Shown: piece after piece, positions 29,125 to 37,584 of the stretch
Layout of the letters: each line of letters starts with the position of its first letter
Position numbering within the stretch: position 1 is the first letter of the stretch
DNA from: Planctomycetaceae bacterium
GTDB taxonomy: Bacteria; Planctomycetota; Planctomycetia; Pirellulales; Pirellulaceae
Length of the DNA stretch: 45,399 nucleotides
Direction: 5' to 3'
Assembly (NCBI GenBank): GCA_003501565.1
Contig: DNPC01000822.1
Span: 1-45,399 of the forward strand
Position numbers and translations under genes: made by a program
The notes under the pieces: generated by a model
What the model was told of the DNA's origin: nothing
Databases searched by the model: none
What the model saw: only the letters and a program-made list of their open reading frames with translations

Positions 29125-29979
29125 TTACTTCGACATCAATTGTGTGTCAGAATGAACTTGGATTACTGGTTCGATTTGTTTACCTGACAACACCCGAATT
29201 TCCACACGTAGCTGTACGAGCCAGTAAGGGATGATCTGCGATGGATCGAGTCGCTGACTAAATACCTCCGCCAACAACTCCTTAAAACGTTCTGTGAGCA
29301 ATGCACCATCGCTATCTTCTATTTCTGATTCAGGCTGGTTTCGGGAGAAGATGTTGGAAAACGAAGCGGCAAAACGTTGGGATAACGACTTCACTTTTTC
29401 ATGGTCGACGAAGTAGGTATTTCTTGGTTGCATTTGCACAAGCTTGTCGAGTTCCAGTGACTGCACTCTGACTTCGACGACTTTCACGAATGCTGTTTCT
29501 TCATTTTCCGGATCGAAATCAAGCACTTTGAAGCCATTCGGAGTAGCCTGCTCGCCGAGCACCTTGCGATGCTCTGGGACTTCCAGATCGAAAGATTGGC
29601 AGCGATCCGTAATTCTCTCTGTCGCGGCATCAGGTAGGGAGTGCCCCTCGTGTATGCCTAGCCTAGCCTTCTCATTATCAATGAGTCGCTCAATTGCTTC
29701 CTGTTTGATACGCTCCCAGATCAACCGTCCATGCAGGTGTTCAGCCGTTAACTTGGGTACTTCTAGAGACCTAGAGTACCAAGCATAAGAGCCGTCCGAA
29801 GAGCCACAGTCAATCAAGTAATTGACTTTGAGGAACTCCTCAGACATCAACGCGAGCGACTTACCTGACGGTGTACCCGGCCTATCATTGCGTTCAATAC
29901 TGACCACAGAAGTCGCCCCGTTGTGGCATAAGCACGAATGCAAAGCTTCCAAGACTCGTGGAACCATACTGCCGTTCAT
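29125..29979 (-). CDS. Hypothetical protein; possible divergent DUF4255/Pvc16-like tube cap or terminator
   Basis: Directly upstream of the sheath; weak pattern similarity (N-terminal helix RVLEALHSCL, LKVNYLI, C-terminal strand LVQLRVEI...EPV). Confidence 0.4.
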   Translation of the reverse strand: MNGSMVPRVLEALHSCLCHNGATSVVSIERNDRPGTPSGKSLALMSEEFLKVNYLIDCGSSDGSYAWYSRSLEVPKLTAEHLHGRLIWERIKQEAIERLIDNEKARLGIHEGHSLPDAATERITDRCQSFDLEVPEHRKVLGEQATPNGFKVLDFDPENEETAFVKVVEVRVQSLELDKLVQMQPRNTYFVDHEKVKSLSQRFAASFSNIFSRNQPESEIEDSDGALLTERFKELLAEVFSQRLDPSQIIPYWLVQLRVEIRVLSGKQIEPVIQVHSDTQLMSK

Positions 29980-30965
29980 CCGTGCCTCTGTTCATAGAAC
30001 TCTGGGATATGATACTTGCGGCAGATGTAGGCACTTGGTTGTTCAAGGTACGGAAATCTTGCTTTCTCATGTCTTGTGAAAAGCGAAGCAAAGTCAGGCA
30101 ATAGGTAAAGTTCAACTACCGCGGCTAGGAACGAAGAATACTCCGACCAATGCTTGTGTTGCCAAATGGGCCACCAAAAAAACGTTCGAACTCGTCTCAT
30201 ACGAAACGACCTTTCCGAGCCAGGAACGCGAACCGGAAGAACGGTACCGGTACCACTAAGTGTTTTGACGCGAGGAGTTGGTATCCAGCCCTCGACGGTG
30301 TTGAGCAACGCCGAGAAAAACTTCTTGACGTTGTCCTTCTCAAACCGAGCATCCTCCTTCTTATCCTCTTCAGTTGAGGTAGTGCCCGTAAAGGCATTGC
30401 AAATCGTTGCCCAGTCCTTGGAATTACTTGCCAATTGGTATCCACCGAGAACAGCATGTGGCTTGAGCAACCCCAGGATACTCAACGCATAAACACGTCT
30501 AGAGTTATAAAACTTGTCGTGATCCTCTCTTTCTACGAGGCCCATACGAAGACAAGATTGGAGGATACCAATCTGATGTGCTGCCAAATCGTCATCAGGA
30601 AGCAAATGTATCAAGTCACTTTTTTGACTTATGACGTAACACCGCGAGTAGGATTCGGCAAACCCTCTAGTAGCCTGAACGTAGTTCGCTCTTGGAAACT
30701 CCCGATCACCAACCTTCCACCTTAAATCATACGCAAACTTAAGAAGCGATGACGACCAGTATTCGTGAAGTAATGCGGTGTCGGCCCGCTGAATCTGATT
30801 GGCTTCCTTCTTGGTGTTGCATTCGCCTTCATTGATACTTTGCTGGGGTGCTTGTTGCAGCAAAGTTATGATTCGTAGAGCCGCTCCCAACAACAATCTC
30901 GGTTTACAGTTGAAATCATCAACATGCTTCAAAATGGTGTGGACTTGTGAAAATACAGTTGTCAT
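29976..30965 (-). CDS. Hypothetical protein in the CIS operon
   Basis: 329-aa ORF with ATGA overlaps on both sides (translational coupling). Confidence 0.65.
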   Translation of the reverse strand: MTTVFSQVHTILKHVDDFNCKPRLLLGAALRIITLLQQAPQQSINEGECNTKKEANQIQRADTALLHEYWSSSLLKFAYDLRWKVGDREFPRANYVQATRGFAESYSRCYVISQKSDLIHLLPDDDLAAHQIGILQSCLRMGLVEREDHDKFYNSRRVYALSILGLLKPHAVLGGYQLASNSKDWATICNAFTGTTSTEEDKKEDARFEKDNVKKFFSALLNTVEGWIPTPRVKTLSGTGTVLPVRVPGSERSFRMRRVRTFFWWPIWQHKHWSEYSSFLAAVVELYLLPDFASLFTRHEKARFPYLEQPSAYICRKYHIPEFYEQRHG

Positions 30966-32266
30966 TCCCCACCTCCATCCGCGCTGTCCTCAGTCGATAC
31001 GTCTGGCAGCTTGTAAAGGAAAGCGGTTCGCATATTTCTTGCGATTTCCAAGTGCGCTTCTTCCGTCTGTGTAGAATCTCTGACATCTGCGTAGTAGGCG
31101 TATGGAGGTCCGTTGCCAACATATGAGTTGGTAATCTCGCTTCCCTTAAAAGGCTTGGTGTCTGGAGGATCTTTGGCCAAGTTCGTTACTTGCAACTCTC
31201 CATCAAAAGGTTGGTCGGTGATGAAAACAATGAAACTTCGTTTAGTCGTTTTAATCGGACCAATTATTAATTGATTCTCCTTTCGTTCGAATCGGTCTAC
31301 AAGCTGAAGCTCGGTGTCTTTGTCTTCAATTGTTACGGTGAATGTAGCACGCCCACGTCCTAGCATATGTCTTTTCGCTCTATCGATAACATCGATCACT
31401 TCATGGAGCTCGTTTCTTGGTTGTTCAACAACAACTGCCTTGCTTTCTTGTTTAGCAGCGTTGCCACCCTCTTTGGCAGCTTCGCCAACTTCCTCTTTGG
31501 TGTCGTCATCACTTTCTCCTGTGGTAGCCACCTCGCTTTCCTTCTCCTCAGGCAATATTTCACCCAAAATCAAGGACATTTCTTTTAGGCGATAAGCAAA
31601 AGCAACGGTGGCGTAGTCATTGCTTTCGATGGCTGCATCGATAAACCGCTTAAGCCGTGTCGCTTCAATGCGGATAGGGTACGAGTCTGGGTAAAGTCCT
31701 GACCAATCTTCACTCGTTTTTGCACTGTTAATCAACTCATCAAGGCCATTGCAACATGCTTGCAACTTTGCCTTGTTAGCTCCGCATTCTGCGAGCGGAA
31801 ACTGCTCGATATGAAGCGGCAAGCCAGCGACGATGACTCGCTCTTCGATCTTTGCGATTTCAGATTTACTCTTGAGTTGTGCCGTGAATCGAGTTGCTTC
31901 ACCTGGCTTCCTTCTCTCACATAGAATGACAAGCCATTCTCCCTCTTGCACATCGCGGTCTCTTGGATCAATGTCGAACGACAAGAATTTGCGCCCACGC
32001 AAAGTGATAGCGGACTTTCTTAGATCCAATCTGAGTTGGTCTTTTTTCGCTTCGTTGTATTCGTGCCTGATTCCAAACTCACCAACCTGAGAGCGAAGGC
32101 CCTGTTCAGAAAATTCTTTGCCATCCATAAGCGCAAAAACACAATGCTCAAGGAACTGCGATTCCTTGTTGAAGTGGCTAGCAGCAACCAAGAGTCCATC
32201 GTAGAAGACGGTTCCGACGAGGTCATTGTTCACCTTCAGCTTCAACGGGTTGGTATGCCCAGACAA
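30962..32266 (-). CDS. Baseplate-peripheral protein with a TssK/fibre-shoulder-like N-terminus
   Basis: VFYDGLLVAASHFNKESQF...FGIR...SAITLRGRKF resembles the N-terminal shoulder motif of TssK and eCIS fibre-attachment proteins; follows the gpI-like gene. Confidence 0.5.
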   Translation of the reverse strand: MSGHTNPLKLKVNNDLVGTVFYDGLLVAASHFNKESQFLEHCVFALMDGKEFSEQGLRSQVGEFGIRHEYNEAKKDQLRLDLRKSAITLRGRKFLSFDIDPRDRDVQEGEWLVILCERRKPGEATRFTAQLKSKSEIAKIEERVIVAGLPLHIEQFPLAECGANKAKLQACCNGLDELINSAKTSEDWSGLYPDSYPIRIEATRLKRFIDAAIESNDYATVAFAYRLKEMSLILGEILPEEKESEVATTGESDDDTKEEVGEAAKEGGNAAKQESKAVVVEQPRNELHEVIDVIDRAKRHMLGRGRATFTVTIEDKDTELQLVDRFERKENQLIIGPIKTTKRSFIVFITDQPFDGELQVTNLAKDPPDTKPFKGSEITNSYVGNGPPYAYYADVRDSTQTEEAHLEIARNMRTAFLYKLPDVSTEDSADGGGE

Positions 32267-33228
32267 AAGCCTGCTCCTAATGGAAATGAAAATCTACGGC
32301 CGATCTTGGATCGGTTAGCAAATGGAGGACACAGTTCATATTCGACTGAGAGGTTGCTCGGCAACATATTCGTTAGCCAGTGTTGTAGACGGCTTAAATA
32401 CGATGTCCAGCATGCTGATTCGATCTCGCTGTCCATGTTGACTGGATTGATGAACCGAGAAGCATATCCTTTAATGGACACACGCAGTTTCCGGTCAAAA
32501 CGTTGTCCAATCAAAGTGTTTTTGCCTAAGGTATGCTCATCAAGTTTCCAAGCACTGCGGTTTGTATTTACCGATACTTCACGTACTTCCACGTCACGCG
32601 GCAAGTACAGAGTCCCTTGGTACTGCAGTGGAAGACGTTTGATCAAACCCTCGAGTCCCCGACGTGTTTTCAATAGATCCACGTGTGGCAAGCTAATTGC
32701 GTAACTGATCCAATCTTGATCGGGTTTGGGTACGTCGAGCGTTTGGTGCTCATCTAATTCGCCGCCGAGATACGGAGCTTCGGTGTGCGGGTACTCATAG
32801 ATTCCGAGTGCCCAGTGAAATAGATTTTGCCGGAGGTCGTAGGACTGGCGAGCACGACGACGCTGCCGTGCACGCTCCTCTGAATCTTTCGTCGAATCCA
32901 CTGATTCGCAATTCAAATGCTGCTCGGCACTTATCTGCTGTACCCGTACAAGCCAATCAACCAGTTTCCCAGAAAGCAGCTGGAGGAACTTGCTCTGTGA
33001 TGACGCGACATCATGCGGATCCAAATCCGCTTCATTTTGCCTTCGAAAAGGTAGCGATTTAGACATCAGATCGGCCACTGCACGAATCATCTGCGATTCA
33101 GATTCATGCCCAATTGGCTCAGTCTTCAGCTGAGAAGCACTGGACCGCAGCGTCGCCAAAACATTTTCGGCAGTCCAATCCGCATATTCCGAAGACGACA
33201 ACTGTTCGTTGTGGTTCGTTTTAGACAT
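32242..33228 (-). CDS. Divergent baseplate wedge protein (P2 gpI/gp7/TssG-like)
   Basis: Overlaps the baseplate J stop, with a GAGGGA RBS before ATG 33228; 'LFHWALG', 'LLKTRRGLEGLIKRL' and 'MLPSNLSVEYE' resemble gpI-family motifs. Confidence 0.55.
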   Translation of the reverse strand: MSKTNHNEQLSSSEYADWTAENVLATLRSSASQLKTEPIGHESESQMIRAVADLMSKSLPFRRQNEADLDPHDVASSQSKFLQLLSGKLVDWLVRVQQISAEQHLNCESVDSTKDSEERARQRRRARQSYDLRQNLFHWALGIYEYPHTEAPYLGGELDEHQTLDVPKPDQDWISYAISLPHVDLLKTRRGLEGLIKRLPLQYQGTLYLPRDVEVREVSVNTNRSAWKLDEHTLGKNTLIGQRFDRKLRVSIKGYASRFINPVNMDSEIESACWTSYLSRLQHWLTNMLPSNLSVEYELCPPFANRSKIGRRFSFPLGAGFCLGIPTR

Positions 33229-35260
33229 GGCTTCCCTCTTGATTCGGGAAACGAATGTCTTCAATACGCTCAATGAAAGGCACGACCCAGCGTTGTCGAT
33301 ACGGATATTCGGGTTCTGTTTCGTCAACTCGCTCATTAGGTATGAAATGGATTGATTCCGTTTCTTCCCATCCAGCAAAACGCGTCTCAGAAACGAGAGT
33401 ACGCTGAACCTCGGTCGAGACGAGGAAATCGCGAATGTTGTCCGTCATACTGCGCAAACGGAAGACTGGCGAACGAAAACGCTCGAGCAAGAAATCCCAG
33501 AATGGATTCGGCTTTGACCAGGGCTTATGTTTGGCTGGCCGCTGATGTTCGAGCGTCAATTGGTTCAACAACTGCTTTCTTAGTTGGACAAATGCTTCAT
33601 TCGTCGTTTCTTCTGGTACGACGACCAACTCAAGCCGCCCGGGGACCAACACCGGAGCCATCGCTTGAAAATGCGATCCGATTGGCCGAATCCACTCCAG
33701 GCTCGTCTCGGCAATTTCCTCAAATACACTCGCCAGCGTTGCTGCCTGTCGCGGCTTGCCATAGCAATAGAAGGCAATCTGCGTCCCCAGTGTCCAAGCT
33801 TCCTGGTCAGCAACAAAAACGTAACCTTCGCGGGCATGTGCCTTCGCGATTCGCCCAGATGGGTCGAGGCTTCTTACTGCGGCTTCCCAATCACGGGCGG
33901 AATGTGGAACGCCACGATGCCGCAATGCTTTGGGGCCGCGGCTAAAGTACTCCAAATCCGACTCAGCGTCGCGCCCACCGCTGGCTAGTGTTAACGCTTC
34001 GATCGTCCCCAATGACTTACTGGTCCACTCGCTAGTGCATCCCTTGTCCTTCGGATGGTAGCAGTTTGCGGCGGAACCGTTGCTTTTCCAATTTGGATTG
34101 GGAAAGAGAGCCGAATGATCGGGTGACTCGACAACTTCCTCGCCTGGGCGGAGAGTTTCACGATTCAGGCAGGGAATTACGTCCAGGTGGATTTCGAAGC
34201 GCCTCCACAGGTCTTCGAACATCTGCTCGGTGACCAGAGTCGGCTCCGCCTGCCACGAAAGATGTGTGGGCTTCGCTATGCCACCAGTTGGTTGTGCCAC
34301 CAAAAACTGATCTACTGACGCGGACTCGCTTACCAACCACGAAACTGGGACAATTTGTTTGTTAAATGCATGCTCTAGACCTGAATCTACTGAGAGCGTC
34401 ACATACTTATCTGCGTCCAGCGTCAAACCAATTTGCAAACATGCCGCGGCCTGATCGATATCGATCGAGGAGTTTGCCTCGATAAATCTCTTGAGCTCCC
34501 TATCCTGTTCCTGTGGGGCAATCTCGTTATTCTTCAGAACGTCGTCCTTCGCACGACGACGAACGTAAATTAAGAGGCGACTTCCCGTATTGAGAGTTGT
34601 GGTTCCCGTATCGTCAGTTGTAGTTTCCCAAGCGATGGGCCAACTCACCACCATTGCTTTTTGATTGACATGTTGCGTTGCATCGAACTTTCCTAGCTTC
34701 AGCAAGTTCGCATCCCAAACAGGCAAGAAGCTAGACTCAGATTTGGGATTGTCTTTCGACTTCTTGACGATGCGATCGGATGTCGTGACAACCTTCGGCG
34801 CATCCTCGCATTTCAAAATCACCAGCGAAGGTTGTGCTTTCTTCCGCGTATGTCCGCTAATCTGCAGCAGCTGATCGAGCAAGTCGTCGAACTGACGAGA
34901 CATATGAACAGCGAGCGAGGCATTCGCAGATGCAACAAGCTCCAGCAGTATCCTTCCCGGATCCGCGGCTACTGCTCCATTTGATTGTGACTCGACCAAA
35001 CCCTGAGAAATGGCGTTTAATTCTAACGTTTCATAAATCTTGTTTGGATCGGTCACCTCACCAAAGCTGCGATAAGTCTCTAACCAACCTGCGAGAGCGT
35101 GGAACAGATCTACATCGTCCAAGGCAGGTGCAGCGTTCGACTTGTCCGGCACAAACCCATTCCATGAGGTTCCTGCTGAACCCTTACCACTTGGCCAGCG
35201 GTGCTGCGCTGCTTGCTCAAGTGCTTCGCGAATTCGCTCTATGAGATTGGGGTTTGCCAT
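33221..35260 (-). CDS. Baseplate J-like wedge protein (gp6/Afp11/TssF-like)
   Basis: ADPGRILLELVA, LLQISG.TRKKAQPS, ASGGRDAESDLEYFSRGPKALRHRG...ARDWEAAV, RPIGSHFQ. Confidence 0.85.
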   Translation of the reverse strand: MANPNLIERIREALEQAAQHRWPSGKGSAGTSWNGFVPDKSNAAPALDDVDLFHALAGWLETYRSFGEVTDPNKIYETLELNAISQGLVESQSNGAVAADPGRILLELVASANASLAVHMSRQFDDLLDQLLQISGHTRKKAQPSLVILKCEDAPKVVTTSDRIVKKSKDNPKSESSFLPVWDANLLKLGKFDATQHVNQKAMVVSWPIAWETTTDDTGTTTLNTGSRLLIYVRRRAKDDVLKNNEIAPQEQDRELKRFIEANSSIDIDQAAACLQIGLTLDADKYVTLSVDSGLEHAFNKQIVPVSWLVSESASVDQFLVAQPTGGIAKPTHLSWQAEPTLVTEQMFEDLWRRFEIHLDVIPCLNRETLRPGEEVVESPDHSALFPNPNWKSNGSAANCYHPKDKGCTSEWTSKSLGTIEALTLASGGRDAESDLEYFSRGPKALRHRGVPHSARDWEAAVRSLDPSGRIAKAHAREGYVFVADQEAWTLGTQIAFYCYGKPRQAATLASVFEEIAETSLEWIRPIGSHFQAMAPVLVPGRLELVVVPEETTNEAFVQLRKQLLNQLTLEHQRPAKHKPWSKPNPFWDFLLERFRSPVFRLRSMTDNIRDFLVSTEVQRTLVSETRFAGWEETESIHFIPNERVDETEPEYPYRQRWVVPFIERIEDIRFPNQEGSHV

Positions 35261-35269
35261 GCGGATCCA

Positions 35270-35695
35270 CTAGACAACGACTAGCTTGGAATCACTTAAA
35301 TGAAGAACTGTGTGATGTACGGACGGCTCGCCTGTTGCAGAAGCTGCAAGTTGCCAATTCACACGTACAGCCATACCCCAGGGTTGCCCCAAAGAGTTCG
35401 TCCCGTCCCTCAATTCAAGCACTTCAACACCGTTGACCAAAGCTCTGGGCTCCCACTGTGCAATAGATTGTTCGACGAAGAATGCGGCTTGACGCTTAAG
35501 TGCTGTGGTCAGGGGGCGAAAAACAAGTTCGTGAATTCGACATCCGAATTCTTTTGTAAGCGGTAGAGTACCGGGCCGGGTCGTCAAAATTAGTCGGATC
35601 GACTGGCTAACACTCTCTTCAAGGCTGGAGCAACGCTCGAATCCCCGAATACCCACACTTAGAGGCGATCTAATTCCGAATTGTTCGGTGTTCAC
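35270..35695 (-). CDS. GPW/gp25-family baseplate protein (Afp9/TssE-like)
   Basis: EESVSQSIRLILTTRPG, EFGCRIHELVF, IAQWEPRA; GTG 35695 is the plausible start (ORF is open to 35755). Confidence 0.93.
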   Translation of the reverse strand: MNTEQFGIRSPLSVGIRGFERCSSLEESVSQSIRLILTTRPGTLPLTKEFGCRIHELVFRPLTTALKRQAAFFVEQSIAQWEPRALVNGVEVLELRDGTNSLGQPWGMAVRVNWQLAASATGEPSVHHTVLHLSDSKLVVV

Positions 35696-35832
35696 AGCCG
35701 GGGTCTCGGGGGGCCTGAGGGGAGATGGGCAATCTAGGAAGGCGGAAATTAGCACACCTAGAAGCCGAAATCAAGCATCCTGATCAGTGCAGCTGGAATA
35801 TTCCATTCTGGCCCGGTCGGCACGTCAGAGCG

Positions 35833-36681
35833 CTATTTTTTCAGGATTCGAATTAGCAGGTAGGTCTTGCTGACCTCATCTTTTCCGTTCATGACTGCGG
35901 CCTTGACGGCGAAATTGTCCACGCTGAATTCCACCGCCGCTGCCGTCAACTCGAGTGCTTTGTCAAGCTTTCCCGATGCGCTAAGCACTGCGCCCAAGCT
36001 TTGGCCAACCTGGAGAACTTTTGCCAGACGTTTCGCTTCACCCTTCGTTAGTATTCCGTCTTTGGCCTCGATTTCCGCTAGCTTCTTGATGATGTCCAAA
36101 GAGAGGCTAATTGTGTTGATCGCAGCTGACTCAATACACACTGGGCATGCTGCTTGTCCGCCCGGTACTACGCAAATGGTGCAAGTAACCGCTGTGGTTC
36201 CGATTCCTGCTGCGTTCGCGGCAAGCCAATCCGGTAACGCGGCCCGAGCTGCTTTCTCGATTCGATCTGCAGTGGCACCCTTCCAAAAACGTTTAAGCAC
36301 TTCTGCATCAAGGGGTTCTGATGAATTGATCTGCTTGGACCTATTCAAAATGTCGAGTTTGGCAGAGCCTTCACGAGGCAATGCAGCGATCGCGAAAGCC
36401 AAAGGCTTTTTCTTGCCGTTGTAAAGTCGCACTGCATAGAGACCTGGTGCCTTTATGCGACCTAGGTCAATCGTCTTGCTTCCGCTAACCTGAATCTCTG
36501 AGCTCATCCCTGCGATATCGTTCTCTATTCCGATGCGGCCTTGACCCTTGAGTGTCATGGTGACCTGATCTCCGACGGAGACTAGCTGCTGGTCGATCTT
36601 TGCATCAATGACTTGAGCGTGGCTCTTGCCCAGCGCAGCAAACGTAACTATTGAAAGACTCAGAACAGCGATTCGGTTCAT
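35833..36681 (-). CDS. Secreted protein: Ig-like beta N-terminus and helical C-terminus with a CxxC-X8-CxxC hairpin
   Basis: Signal peptide MNRIAVLSLSIVTFAALGKSHA; TCTICVVPGGQAACPVC; TAGGT RBS-like sequence; first co-oriented gene upstream of gp25. Confidence 0.75.
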   Translation of the reverse strand: MNRIAVLSLSIVTFAALGKSHAQVIDAKIDQQLVSVGDQVTMTLKGQGRIGIENDIAGMSSEIQVSGSKTIDLGRIKAPGLYAVRLYNGKKKPLAFAIAALPREGSAKLDILNRSKQINSSEPLDAEVLKRFWKGATADRIEKAARAALPDWLAANAAGIGTTAVTCTICVVPGGQAACPVCIESAAINTISLSLDIIKKLAEIEAKDGILTKGEAKRLAKVLQVGQSLGAVLSASGKLDKALELTAAAVEFSVDNFAVKAAVMNGKDEVSKTYLLIRILKK

Positions 36682-36829
36682 CGTACTACCTAAATTTTTT
36701 GAATTGAATTGAACACGCTTAAGCGCGGGGAGGTGGATGAATTGTGTGGTTCGAACCTATCTTCATGCCGACTTCCCCCAGACCGGAGAGGATACAGGTT
36801 GAGTGGTGTGGCTGGCTAACCCCTCGGTA

Positions 36830-37450
36830 GAATTGAGCAATCGATTTCGGTTCAGCCGGTATGCGGACGACCGCAACATTTACGTTAAGAGTCGCCGAGC
36901 TGGCGAGCGAGTACTATCGAGCGTGACGAACTGGTTAGACAAGAAACTTCGGCTTAAGGTCAACCAGTCCAAGAGTACCATGGACAGTCCCTCGAACCGC
37001 AAGTTCCTCGGGTTCACGTTCACGACGCAGCGTAAGATCGCGATCGCTCCGCAGTCGAAGGCGAAATTCAAGAAACGCGTTCGCGAAATCACGCGGCGCA
37101 ATCGCGGCTCGTCCTTGCAGAGTGTGATCAGCGAACTTCGTAGCTATTTATTGGGCTGGAGGGGCTACTTCGGCTTCTGCCAGACCCATTCGGTTCTGCG
37201 AGATCTGGATAGTTGGTTGCACCGCCGCCTCCGATGTTATGCCTGGAAGCAGTGGAAAACCGGTCGTCGCCGGTTTAAAGAGTTACGGCAGTTGGGAGTC
37301 AGCAAGGACCTTGCCGCCCAGACTGCTGGGAGCCGCAAAGGCTACTGGCATAACAGCCGCTCTCCAGCCCTGAACTTCGCCGTCCCTGGCAAGGTGTTGG
37401 CAGAGCTGGGTGTCCCGCTGCTTCTGGAACAACCCGAAACCAACGTTTAA
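36830..37450 (+). pseudogene. ltrA: 5'-truncated group II intron reverse transcriptase/maturase (RT5-7 plus thumb/X domain), class C, no endonuclease domain
   Basis: RYADDRNIYVKSRRAGERV, LRLKVNQSKS, KFLGFTF, LLGWRGYF, LDSWLHRRLRCYAWKQWK; RT0-4 absent. Confidence 0.93.
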
Positions 37451-37456
37451 CCAGCC

Positions 37457-37531
37457 GAACCGCCGTGGTACGGACCCGTATGCCCGGTGGTGTGGGAGGA
37501 GAGGAGCCGCGAGGCTCCTCCCTATCCCGAT
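37457..37531 (+). ncRNA. Group IIC intron domains V and VI and 3' end
   Basis: GAACCGCCGTGGTACGGACCCGTATGCCCGGTGGTGTGGGAGG (CGC triad typical of IIC); DVI hairpin GAGGAGCC-GCGA-GGCTCCTC, CCTATCCCGAT terminus (bulged A, final AT). Confidence 0.95.
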
Positions 37532-37532
37532 C

Positions 37533-37542
37533 GTTTTGTTCA
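37533..37542 (+). repeat. 10-bp direct repeat GTTTTGTTCA, right copy
   Basis: Identical to 12397-12406; one nt after the intron 3' end. Confidence 0.7.
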
Positions 37543-37584
37543 TTGTCTTTGGGCTTTAGGCGATAACACAGCAAGTACGAATGA

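Larger units (their letters stand above)
12397..37531 (+). mobile_element. ~25-kb island: split group IIC intron enclosing a contractile-injection-system cargo
   Basis: Intron 5' half at 12397-12766, RT 3' half plus DV-DVI at ~36830-37531, same strand and correct order; GTTTTGTTCA at 12397-12406 and 37533-37542; flanking genes converge on the terminator. Confidence 0.7.

Noticed and set aside
17079-36681. Prophage or canonical T6SS(i)
   Set aside because: No capsid, portal, terminase, integrase or lysis genes; no TssJLM, TssA or ClpV; single fused sheath and gp19-type tube
12766-36830. Terminal inverted repeats or att sites at the inner cargo junctions
   Set aside because: By-eye comparison of 12760-12790 with 36780-36840 showed no convincing direct or inverted repeat
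36803-37450. Retron, DGR or defence-associated reverse transcriptase
   Set aside because: Maturase X-domain motifs and adjacent DV/DVI identify a group IIC intron RT; no msr/msd, TR/VR pair or avd seen
12397-37531. Currently active self-splicing 25-kb giant intron
   Set aside because: No GUGYG 5' end, DIII cut short, RT0-4 missing and most cargo antisense; kept only as a hypothesis about origin
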